64,000 nt of DNA from Hormiphora californensis. Taxonomy: Eukaryota > Animalia > Ctenophora. Each line of letters opens with the position of its first letter. The first letter of the stretch is position 1. A model generated the notes under the pieces. The model made no database searches, was not told where the DNA came from, and was given only the letters and a program-made list of their open reading frames with translations. The position numbers were made by a program, and so were the translations under genes. Where the stretch lies: the NCBI GenBank assembly GCA_020137815.1, contig CM035354.1:4588001-4652000 (forward strand), given 5' to 3'. Shown here in pieces: positions 1-20,400 of the stretch.

Positions 1-13
1 GAGCTCTAGCACC

Positions 14-368
14 CCCGGAAGTGTGTTTTTGGCATCAAAACTACCAGAAGGAATTTTTTTGCTGGTGCTGAGACTTTGCTTAAATGTTTTTTGGGTATTT
101 TCTTTGTCAATTCCAAAGTTTCATTATGATTGGATGTGTGGTTCAGTCACCAAGTTCCAAACAAACTGGCTGGAAAGGCCCAAAAACAGCTCAAAAACGG
201 CAAAAATTAGACACTTTTTTTTTCGAAATTTTGAGTTCATAAAACACATCAAATCTTCACGAAACTTTGGAACTGACATAGAAAATACCCAAAAAACATT
301 CTAGCAAAGTCTCAGCGCCAGCAAAAAATTCCTTCTGGTAGTTTTGATGCCAAAAACACACTTCCGGG
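14..368. mobile_element. Foldback/MITE-like inverted repeat in an ATP synthase alpha intron (may be truncated by the window start)
   Basis: CCCGGAAGTGTGTTTTTGGCATCAAAACTACCAGAAGGAATTTTTTTGCTGG... (from 14) is matched in reverse complement, with a few mismatches, at ~245-368. Confidence 0.75.
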
Positions 369-624
369 CTCCAAAACCCCAAGGAACCTTGAATGAGGGT
401 ATAGAATAGTCCAAGTATGAAGTTTCATGACCTAATCTTGTCAACTTTTTTCTGGGTGAAGCCCAACGCTTGTAAAGATCCCATATGAACACCCTGTATT
501 TGTTAATGTTAGACTGAATGTAATCAATATTGAGGGATTTTGTCCCTTCTTTTCCTGTTGTAATATAAGGATAACCTCTCACACAGTGCATGTCACAATG
601 CATTATTGTTGTGTATTATTGTAA

Positions 625-2053
<1,429 letters not shown>

Positions 2054-2452
2054 AGTATCGGGTGTACCTATGAACGAACTCGCTTCTTATACATTTTGAT
2101 TTTTGTAAGTTATTGATACCATAGTCAAGAGGTCATGAATATACTGAGTTTATTTTGTTAATTAAACTTGGCTGATACGAAGCTGGCGGTTAATTTATTT
2201 CTTCGCGGCTTTATCAGCCGCGCGGAGCATACACTTTGTTGTGCGCGCAAAAAGTTCTTGTTCGAATGCAAAAAAAATTTTCCCCGGCTCCCTTCATTTC
2301 CAAAATTTCTTCTTTTTTGTGCGTCAGAATCCGTCTATTGCCCCCTTTCTGCCCTGACAGACGCTAGACAATAACCCCTATTTCCGTTATGAGGTCGTAC
2401 ATCGCACAGTGGACCGGTTTTTGGTGGATTGACGGGTTTTATTTGGCCAAAA

Positions 2453-5294
2453 ATGAAGATTACCGCTTGGGGATGGGGAGTTCTCCCAGTTTTGTTTGTA
2501 GCTACAGCTCATTACTGGTTTATTAATTTCATCCTGGAGAGTGAATTCCCTGGAACTAAGACTGAAATATCAATATCAGGGTCAAACTTTACCTTCACTC
2601 GGACAGAACACCTAACCTGGCAGGCGGAGGGTGCAGATGATGTTTCAGACCTTTCCAAAGCCCTGGGATGGATGCACGCAAAAGACAGATACATTCAGCT
2701 GTGTCTGATGCGTCTGGCATCACAGGGAAAACTCACCGAAACTTTTCCTTTTGATCCAGTCAACGAGATCTTCGATACGGTCGCTAAGCAGATGAATTTT
2801 AATAAGATTGGAATTGAAACAGTTGCCCAGTATCAGAAAGGCGGGCTCGCTGAGAAGATATTAAATTCCTACGTGGATGGTATAAATGAGTATCAGCGCT
2901 CTCACAACAGACCTCTGGAGTTTGTAATAACCAACTACCACCCGACGCCGTTCCGAACTAAAGACGTTGTAACTTTTATTAAGTTCGTATCATTCGTGGG
3001 TCTAGATGAGATGGGTTTCAATACAGAGAAGCTGATCATTGAGCTAGTACGGTCTGGGAAAGTTCCCCTGGAATTTATTAAGGAAACATACCATCCACAC
3101 TTGGCAAACTTAACAGTAGAACATGCTTCTCTTCTTCGGCAAATTACCGATCTCAAATCTACGACGGGTCACAGGTCTCCCTTTGTTCCTGTGATAACGA
3201 ATAGCAACAACTGGGTTATATCAGGTCAGTCTCTACACATGCTCGACCATCTCACAAGCAAAGGAGGGTTAGACCAGACCTCTCTACCCAGGCTACTTTA
3301 GACTCTGTTAACTAATGATGTTCTATTCAGGTGTAAAAAGTGCGAGTGGATTTCCCATTATGAGCTCAGATCCGCATCTCGATGTTTCAAAAACACCAAA
3401 CACATTCTACGAGTCAGCGTACAAGTCTCCTAGTGGTGTCAGTGTTTTCGGAATAACTGTTCCAGGTAAGGCCGTACTTCCCGTACTGTCTAATCTGTAA
3501 AATTAGAGTGTCAGTGACCAGTGTGCCTAATTATAATTGGATACCCAATTTCAGGTATCCCAATAATTCTGATGGGAAGGAACACTCACCTCTCCTTCTC
3601 ATTAACATATGGTATGTTAGACATGGCTGACTATTTTCTGGAGAGAGTGGTTGATGGTCAATATGAGAGGGACGGACATTTTCTACCCCTCACGGAGCGA
3701 AGAGAGGTGGTTACTGGACAGGAACTGGTATTTTACGAAACAGCCGAGGGACATATCATTGAGAGGTCTGAACACATGGAAACCATTGCGGATGGGTTGT
3801 ACCTAGCACTACGGCTACCGGGAGGGAACGATGAAGATGCTTTTAATCAGGCCATGCTGCCCTGGACCACCACTGTAGAAGAGGCACAGGAGGTTCTGCC
3901 CATCAGCAACCTGGGATCCAACTTTCTATTAGCTGATACCCAGGGGAATATTGGGTATCAACAATCGGGGAGGGTACCAAGGAGACCTACTGGAACGGGA
4001 CTACTGCCACTACCAGCGTGGGATAGCAAGAACTTATGGACAGGTAATACATGATTTCTCTCTCTTTCCCTGATTCTCTTTCTATTCTGTCACTACCCTT
4101 TCCATCTTTCTCTCAATATCTCAATATCTTATATCTATCAATATATTATCCTCCTCTCTCCCCTCTGTCTAATGTTACTCGCTCTCTTCAACAGGTTACC
4201 TAAAGGGAGACGAATACAAAAGATCTATTAACCCTCCTGAACATTTCTACGCAACTGCCAACAATCTTATACAGGATGAAAACAAGCCGTGTGTTATCAC
4301 ATTCCCTGCCCTTAGCACCAGGGTTAACAGGTTAGTAGCAGTTATGTTTGAATGAGAAATTATATTACAACCGTACGTGCTACATCATTAATTTTAGCTC
4401 AAAGGCACAACAGGCGCAATATAAAATGATGCTATGATTATCTCATCATACCTTGTCTCATTACTCATAGTCGTTATCCCCCTTTCACTTTCAGAATCTC
4501 ATCCATCCTACGTAACAAATCCAATTTGACAGTGGATGACATGAAGGTCTTCCAAAGTGACACATTTAGTATTCTCGCGGAGATGGCTATCCCCCTCCTT
4601 GAGCCATATCTATCTCACACTGGTATTGGACAGGAACTCCGTGTTTGGGATAGAAGGTTTCAAGTTGATTCCCGGCCCGCTGCCCTCTGGTTTTTGTTTT
4701 TTGAGGAACTCGTCAGGGTTGTAGGGGAGATAATTGTGGGGGAGGAGGTCTATCCAACACTTAGCCGGGAGGTGATGAACAAATACAATTTCATCAAGTT
4801 TGCTGTTCGGGCTTTGGAGACAAGAGAGGTTGCGGGTGATCCTCTGGGCCCTATGCTAGAGGTAGCACTGGAACGAAGCATGGGAAAGTACAAAGAGGGA
4901 ATGGTGTATGGTGACCTGAGGAAATACTTCTCGAACAACTTGTTTTTCTCTGGCAAGTTGCCCTCGTGGGTGGGGTTGGATGTGGCTCCTGTTCCAACCA
5001 ATAGTGGATTAGAGGTCATCAAAGTTGGGTCCGTGGATACTTATTCTGGGGCACCTTGCGTCTTTACTCAGGTATTATTTAATGCAGCAATTTAGTCCCG
5101 ACTATTAACCTATACATGATCCTCCACTAACTATTATTCCCCGATTTCAGACCTGGAGATTTGTTACAGATATGTCAACCAACATTGTCCACTCTATACT
5201 ACCGGGTGGGCCCAGCGGTAATGTTTTCTCTAACCTATATAAACGGGAAATTGAAAACTATATTAATGAAGTGTTCAAGATTCTACACCTGTAA
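2453..5294 (+). CDS. Penicillin amidase / acyl-homoserine-lactone acylase-like Ntn hydrolase (peptidase S45), ~750 aa, 6 exons
   Basis: Exons 2453-3224, 3331-3465, 3555-4043, 4195-4330, 4495-5071 and 5151-5294 (2253 nt, in frame). Motifs: ALGWMHAKDR, SNNWVISG-KSASGFPIMSSDPHL (beta-chain N-terminal Ser nucleophile), NFLLADTQGNIGYQQSGRVPRR, INPP..FYATANN, LPGGPSGN. Hydrophobic N-terminal segment. Confidence 0.92.
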
Positions 5295-5663
5295 CAGGTG
5301 TTAATTTTGACTTTCTGTAAGAACTTATATTTGTATTTGTGTGCCTTATCATGCTGTTTGTGTTTTTGTGCCTAATGCTGTATCATCTTTATAACGTATT
5401 TTCATAAGTTTGTCAAGAGAAATTGATTTACTATTTTCAGTTACATTATTGTGGCTCTGTTTAATTTATTTAAACTTGATATAAAGTTTCATGAGTTTTT
5501 AATGAGTCTGATAGTTCTATTCTTTATTGAACCCCAGAGGCCGTTGTCGTGGCTGACCATGAACTACGCCATGGAAAGGAGACTGTAGGAGAGATCACAG
5601 CCTAGGGGTCTCTATGTGTGTATAAAACATTGTTCTAATGCTCCACCTGCCCACAGTGTAGCT

Positions 5664-12263
<6,600 letters not shown>

Positions 12264-12461
12264 AACTGTGTGTGTGTGTCTGACCATAATTTATTATCTC
12301 ACCTGTGTACGACGCGGTTTTTTAGGATTTTTCAACTTTTACTTTTAGCCAAACTTGTGTTTCTGATTTTCATCCCACTTTACTCTGAACTATCCTATCC
12401 CCTGATTAACACCAATGAATTGGTTAAATGATAAACTTTTAACAAGATTTGCAATAGCACC

Positions 12462-13268
12462 ATGGTAGACGCTGCGACCAAGAAAACTCTAGGAGCTATT
12501 CCCATATTAAAAACTAAGGCAGGACCGAGGGACAAAGACGAGTGGCCACAGAGGCTCAAGGAGGAATTCGGTAGTCTTATCAAGGTACTACTAATTGATA
12601 CTTCATTCCATAGATATATTTTAATAGCACACCTCTCCCTAATATCGGCTTGTTCTAACCCTCCTATACATTTGTAAAAGACATGAGGCCCATGGATAGA
12701 GCCGGTCGAACATGCTAATATTTCTCCCCACTCCTCAGTATATTCAGAACAACAAGGAGGCAGATAATGATTGGTTCAGGATAGAGAGCAACAAGGAGGG
12801 TACAAGGTGGTTCGGCAAGTGCTGGTATATCCAAGATTACAAGAAATATGAATTTGAACTTGAGTTTGATGTGAGTTAGTTTTATAGTTGAATAAGTTTT
12901 ATAGTTAAATAAGATATCATATATTCAAAATATAGAAATGTTCTTGTCTAGGACACCCGCCACTTCCTCAACCTGGTTTAAATAAAAAGAAGTGATAATA
13001 AAATATCTAATATGAAATTGTGAAATCATAAAATTTATGACTTCATGATTATTTATGACATAAAGATGGCCGACTAAACGATATCCAATCATCTCTTTAG
13101 ATTCCAGTTACATATCCCGCTACATCACCGGAGATAGCGATACCTAAATTGGACGGGAAAACTGCTAAAATGTACAGGTAATTAGAGCGAAGTGACAGGG
13201 TTCACATGATGAGGTGGGGGTGACAGATATAGGAACGATGAAGTCATGAAAAAAAGTGGCCTTGTTCG

Positions 13269-13308
<40 letters not shown>

Positions 13309-16300
13309 CGCCCCAGGGTTTGAACAAAACAAGAAATGACAATGCTGTCTCTTGCTACCAATCCACCAAATAACAATCAACCGAACCATAGTCTACTATT
13401 TAACGAATTCATCAAATAAACTAGTGAGCGTCTCTATAATAGACAAAAATCAATCGAGTTTTGTTCTAGAGAAGGGTTGGTTCTTATTAATCAACTGCTA
13501 TTTATCGTCGTGGGTTAACCGTTTATTAATGGTCGTGTGATTTGCACGTGAATGCTAGGTTTGAGTGAATATATGTACATTAAAATCCTCGCTTTTATAT
13601 TCATTATCATCATATCCACCACCGTGTCGTAATGCCCTCCTACCTTTTAGAGGTGACAAGTCCCATACCCTGGTTTAAAATGGTGTATTCAATCCTTTCA
13701 GAGGTGGTAAGATTTGTCTCACGGAACATTTTAAACCTCTTTGGTCAAGGAATGCTCCCAAGTTTGGAATTGCTCATGCTCTCGCCCTTGGGGTAAGTAA
13801 CAAGACTAGGTTTTTTTGATAAAGGACAATGTGGAACCAAATGTTTGTATCATAATACTTTAGTTCAATTAATATGTCGTGATTACTGTTTAATAGCCCA
13901 ACTGGTCATTCCGAAAAATCAGATACAAACACATTAATGTGCCGCACTGTATATGAGTTACTCCAACCCTCCAGTTTCAATGCTTGTTTAACGAAGGAAG
14001 TAACCAAGCGATCCACTGGATTCGATATATCTAGGCGCATATAATATTCCCACAGTACTGATGTATTAGCACTATCTTTATATCGGATATCTCGAACAGC
14101 AACAATCCTTGTATTTAAACAGGGTTCTTGCTTTCTAACCAGTTAGGCGTATTAAACAGGGCACATGTTATCTGCAGCGCTCACATATCATGATAAGGAA
14201 CTACATTAACCGTAGTATTATGCACTATGCTGCAGGGACATCACACACACACATCACCCACACACATGATATTGATCAAGCCTGAACAACAGGTTATTGA
14301 ATCAATCGACCGTTCAACGGTACGAGGTGCCATCACTTGATTCGTGCAGTAGATCCGAAGATCACGAATTCAATTAATATGTCGTGATTACTGTTTAATA
14401 GCCCAACTGGTCATTCCGAAAAATCAGATACAAACACATTAATGTGCCGCACTGTATATGAGTTACTCCAACCCTCCAGTTTCAATGCTTGTTTAACGAA
14501 GGAAGTAACCAAGCGATCCACTGGATTCGATATATCTAGGCGCATATCATATTCCCAGAGTACTGATGTATTAGCACTATCTTTATATCGGATATCTCGA
14601 ACAGCAACAATCCTTGTATTTAAACAGGGTTCTTGCTTTCTAACCAGTTAGGCGTATTAAACAGGGCACATGTTATCTGCAGCGCTCACATATCATGATA
14701 AGGAACTACATTAACCGTAGTATTATGCACTATGCTGCAGGGACATCACACACACACATCACCCACACACATGATATTGATCAAGCCTGAACAACAGGTT
14801 ATTGAATCAATCGACCGTTCAACGGTACGAGGTGCCATCACTTGATTCGTGCAGTAGATCCGAAGATCACGAATTCAATTAATATGTCGTGATTACTGTT
14901 TAATAGCCCAACTGGTCATTCCGAAAAATCAGATACAAACACATTAATGTGCCGCACTGTATATGAGTTACTCCAACCCTCCAGTTTCAATGCTTGTTTA
15001 ACGAAGGAAGTAACCAAGCGATCCACTGGATTCGATATATCTAGGCGCATATCATATTCCCACAGTACTGATGTATTAGCACTATCTTTATATCGGATAT
15101 CTCGAACAGCAACAATCCTTGTATTTAAACAGGGTTCTTGCTTTCTAACCAGTTAGGCGTATTGAAACTGGAGGGTTGGAGTAACTCATATACAGTGCGG
15201 CACATTAATGTGTTTGTATCTGATTTTTCGGAATGACCAGTTGGGCTATTAAACAGTAATCACGACATATTAATTGAATTCGTGATCTTCGGATCTACTG
15301 CACGAATCAAGTGATGGCACCTCGTACCGTTGAACGGTCAATTGATTCAATAACCTGTTGTTCAGGCTTGATCAATATCATGTGTGTGGGTGATGTGTGT
15401 GTGTGATGTCCCTGCAGCATAGTGCATAATACTACGGTTAATGTAGTTCCTTATCATGATATGTGAGCGCTGCAGATAACATGTGCCCTGTTTAATACGC
15501 CTAACTGGTTAGAAAGCAAGAACCCTGTTTAAATACAAGGATTGTTGCTGTTCGAGATATCCGATATAAAGATAGTGCTAATACATCAGTACTGTGGGAA
15601 TATGATATGCGCCTAGATATATCGAATCCAGTGGATCGCTTGGTTAATTCCTTCGTTAAACAAGCATTGAAACTGGAGGGTTGGAGTAACTCATATACAG
15701 TGCGGCACATTAATGTGTTTGTATCTGATTTTTCGGAATGACCAGTTGGGCTATTAAACAGTAATCACGACATATTAATTGAATTCGTGATCTTCGGATC
15801 TACTGCACGAATCAAGTGATGGCACCTCGTACCGTTGAACGGTCGATTGATTCAATAACCTGTTGTTCAGGCTTGATCAATATCATGTGTGTGGGTGATG
15901 TGTGTGTGTGATGTCCCTGCAGCATAGTGCATAATACTACGGTTAATGTAGTTCCTTATCATGATATGTGAGCGCTGCAGATAACATGTGCCCTGTTTAA
16001 TACGCCTAACTGGTTAGAAAGCAAGAACCCTGTTTAAATACAAGGATTGTTGCTGTTCGAGATATCCGATATAAAGATAGTGCTAATACATCAGTACTGT
16101 GGGAATATGATATGCGCCTAGATATATCGAATCCAGTGGATCGCTTGGTTAATTCCTTCGTTAAACAAGCATTGAAACTGGAGGGTTGGAGTAACTCATA
16201 TACAGTGCGGCACATTAATGTGTTTGTATCTGATTTTTCGGAATGACCAGTTGGGCTATTAAACAGTAATCACGACATATTAATTGAATTCGTGATCTTC

Positions 16301-17164
16301 GGATCTACTGCACGAATCAAGTGATGGCACCTCGTACCGTTGAACGGTCGATTGATTCAATAACCTGTTGTTCAGGCTTGATCAATATCATGTGTGTGGG
16401 TGATGTGTGTGTGTGATGTCCCTGCAGCATAGTGCATAATACTACGGTTAATGTAGTTCCTTATCATGATATGTGAGCGCTGCAGATAACATGTGCCCTG
16501 TTTAATACGCCTAACTGGTTAGAAAGCAAGAACCCTGTTTAAATACAAGGATTGTTGCTGTTCGAGATATCCGATATAAAGATAGTGCTAATACATCAGT
16601 ACTGTGGGAATATGATATGCGCCTAGATATATCGAATCCAGTGGATCGCTTGGTTACTTCCTTCGTTAAACAAGCATTGAAACTGGAGGGTTGGAGTAAC
16701 TCATATACAGTGCGGCACATTAATGTGTTTGTATCTGATTTTTCGGAATGACCAGTTGGGCTATTAAACAGTAATCACGACATATTAATTGAATTCGTGA
16801 TCTTCGGATCTACTGCACGAATCAAGTGATGGCACCTCGTACCGTTGAACGGTCGATTGATTCAATAACCTGTTGTTCAGGCTTGATCAATATCATGTGT
16901 GTGGATGATGTGTGTGTGTGATGTCCCTGCAGCATAGTGCATAATACTACGGTTAATGTAGTTCCTTATCATAATACTTTAGTCATTACCACTTTTCACT
17001 CTCGGCCCACGAGCACAATACCATCACTAGAGAGGACTCATTGTTAGATGCCAATTATTCCTAACACAGCCTTCCTTCAGCTGGGGCCCTGGCTCGCTGT
17101 TGAGATACCGGATTTGATAAGCAGGGGTATTGTAAAACACAAAGATGACCAAGCCACCGAATAA
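12462..17164 (+). CDS. UFC1: Ubiquitin-fold modifier-conjugating enzyme 1, 5 exons, 168 aa
   Basis: Exons 12462-12584, 12739-12870, 13101-13177, 13702-13792 and 17081-17164 give [109 protein letters not shown]. Confidence 0.97.
13848..16983. repeat. 505-bp-unit concatemer (about 2.6 forward and 3.6 inverted copies) flanked by a direct repeat, in UFC1 intron 4
   Basis: Unit starts recur at 13864, 14369 and 14874. Orientation switches at ~15161 and inverted copies run to ~16972. TATCATAATACTTTAGT occurs at 13848-13864 and 16967-16983. Confidence 0.95.
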
Positions 17165-17479
17165 GGTTATTTATTGTTATTTCTCCAGGACACTAAATCT
17201 GTTGTTGTCTCTTCTCCTTTGTTGGGTAAGGGGGAAGAGTCTCACACTCTTCCCCCTTACTCAACAACTTCTCCTAGGGACACTAAGTTATCATCACGCG
17301 CTTTAACAGGGGGTAGAAGTTGTGTGGTTGCATCATGTTTTAAAATTGATATTTACTGTGTTTTGTGTAAAGTAATTGATAACATATTGAGTTAGTTCAC
17401 TTCAACAAAATAACACTTTCCAATTGGCATTAACAAATTAAAACAAGCTCACAAAATAACAAAACAGTCCGTCTCCTTT

Positions 17480-20400
17480 TCAAGGGTATGTCCTCTTCTT
17501 TTTCTTCTTGAAGAGTTTCTCATCGCTGTCTGAGTCAAGGTCATCTTGAAGGAGATTCTTGTATTGCCGTTCCCTCGAATCTCTAGCCATCTGAAATGAA
17601 GCAAGGGTTGAGATATTTGAAAGGTAGAGGAGCCAGGGTGGAGGAAGGTAGAGAGAGGTATCACGTTGAAGACAATGGAGGTTCTGACGTATGTTGCTAA
17701 AGATACAACCCAAAGAGTTGAGAGAGATGTGGTATATTTTAGCACCAAAGTGGGATAAAATAGAAAAAGAGAAGAGTGAGCTATACTGTGTCATGCATCA
17801 CTCACTATAAGGCATGGTATCGGGGACCTTTTGTAAACTTTTTCATCCGGCTACTAACCTAAACCAGAATGAAATCTTGTAATTACAAACATTTCAAAGC
17901 CCAGAGATGTTTCCACCTCCAGGATTGTCTCATATAAGACCGTCCTCTTCGCACCGGGCTCAAAACGAGAGGGACTAGACACGTACCTTTCTTCTTGCCA
18001 CATAGAGAGCGTACATGACGAATATTCCCCCGGCCATGGCGAGCATTATTGCGAGGGCCTGGGAAGTCACCATAGCATCCTTCCACCCTCCCTTCTCCTC
18101 TTCCTCCTCTTCTTCCTCTATTTCCTGAAATAGGTGTCGTTACATTTGGAACATCAGGAACCTGGTACCAGGATCCTGATGAACAAGGAAATACATATTA
18201 CAGGATTTGAGTGGTCCGTAGTTTTATTATTTTATTTCGTTGGGCTGGTAATGAATCAAGATTTATTTATTATTGTCCGTTGAACTAGGTGGGTTGCAAA
18301 GGTGTGGTTCTTGCAGAGACGGGGAGATATTAGAGAGATGAGACTGTGGGAGAGAGAGAGAAAGATATTGAGGGACGCATACCATTGATTTATACAAGGT
18401 ATAATTGCACCATCTTTTTAGTACTTGTTCTAGAAAGTTTTATGTGTAGTATCATCGAAAAGCATGGCAACTATTTTAAAAGGTGTAAGTGTAAGGTATT
18501 TCATCAGACAGGAGAAACAAATCCCCCTGGCCCCCCCCCCCCCCCATTTAGTGGCAGCAGTATAAGTTACCCCCCCCCCCCCTCCTGCTGGTGGTTGAGT
18601 AACAACAGCTCTAGTTTGAGTCGCCTGACACTGTGTCCGTGTTATGCAGAATAAAAAGAAAGTATGACCAATTTAACCTCTAGTGACAGCACTCCCCCCC
18701 CCCAAGATCTAGTAGCAGTGGTATAAGTTACCTTGAGGACCTGATCTACCACACTATCCCCCTGGTTCTCAGACGGTGTAAAGTCCTCAACCACATACCC
18801 ATCAACCTCTATATCATTACTCTCTTCCTCCTTCTTTCCATCTTCCTCTCCTGCCTGATAGTAATATCCATCGGAGTCATATCCACCCTGAAATAGTTCT
18901 AGTTAGTCCTGCTGTTGTCAGGAATGCTTATTGCCCATTGGCCCGGAGAGTGCAGTCGTTTGTAAGAAAATCTGACAGCTGCACTGCTAGTGCACTGCTA
19001 GATATTATATAATTATGGTATAACGGAGGTTGGTGATGTGGTTCAAGAAGGCAGTAGTTACCTCGTTGTTGGTAGTGAGGGGGCGGTAGTTACCTCGTTG
19101 TTGGTAGTAAGGGGGCTCTGCTCAGTCGATACCGGGGTACCACCATCCTGCTCCCAGGACCCCTGATTATCCCCACTATTATACTCCCACACGTCACTAC
19201 CATCAGTTATAATGGTCGTCTTGGTAACATCACCCGTGGAGCTATCATCTGTCTGTCCCGTGGTGTCTTCTGTAGTGTTCCCCAGTAGTGATGCGGTTTG
19301 GTTTGTTTGATCAGTAAAATTGTCAGAAGTTAGGTCTTGGAATATGTTATCCTCCAATGACTCGTCAGTTCCTCCTACCAACAAGAAATCATCAGTAGCA
19401 TTTTCATCATCATTAGGTGAATCTGCAAGCTCCTGGAGGTAGAGGGGAGTGTTAGAGGGTGGGTGTATGTGTGGCTCACACCATCATGAGTGTTCACTGT
19501 TCGGTAGAGCAAGTATTTGTGGGATTCGTACTGAGTTTTACAGTATTTATTCAATCCAGTGCGATGAACGCAGACAAAAAGAAGGTACACACAGACATCC
19601 CTCCCTCCCACACAGGGAGGGAAAGGTTGCTACAGGCCCCAGTGAGTGTAGCACGGTAACCCCATGAGGTGCGCCACTCTGTGTGTACTGTGTGTGAGGG
19701 TGGAGCAGGATTATAGAGCTCTTCTCAACACTGTACAACTAGAAGTCAGACCCGAAAAGATGGGACGGGGAACAAAACAAAATGAAGTTATGGTCTAACC
19801 TTATTACTCAACAAGTCTAACTCTTCTTCAAGTAGAGACTGTCAGGCCAATGCAATGCTCTGACAAAGTAGAGAGGGTCTAGCAAAGCAAACTAAATAAA
19901 AATAAAACGAAATTGTGGTCTCACGGGGGGGGGGGGGGGGGGGGGGGCCAACGAATTTTTTATATATTTCCTTAATTTTGGAATTTTTTATATATATATA
20001 AAAATATATAAAAATATATAAAAATATATAAAAATATATAAAGTTATGTAAATAATATATAAAAATATATAAATATATAAAATATATAAAATAAACCCTT
20101 TTTCACCCCTTTTACTTTCAAAAAAGGGGATTATTTCCATCTATTGTTCACTTGAATATGTTTCATAGAGTTAATTTAATTAATTTTAATTAATAATTGA
20201 GAATGTGTTCAAAAGTGAATTATGCACTGTCAAAAGTAGAACTGGTGAAGAGAGGTTCCGGCCTAATAATATCTACCAGTTTTGGTGTGATTTCAATCAT
20301 TTTTTGTATGTTGATCCGTGAATATGTACTAGAACTGGTGAAGAGAGGTTGGGATCGCGAAACTAAAAAAAACAAATCATTTTTGACGTCATTTTGACGT

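Noticed and set aside
15435-15482. Twister- or hammerhead-like ribozyme in the 505-bp unit (GGTTAATGTAG...CTGCAGATAAC)
   Set aside because: The resemblance is only superficial; the conserved central twister residues and the hammerhead CTGANGA/GAAA core were not found by eye.
14442-16720. Repeated 69-aa ORF ([10 protein letters not shown]...) in the 505-bp unit
   Set aside because: It is short, has no recognisable motif and is interrupted by a stop in copy 1. Its recurrence simply reflects the repeat.
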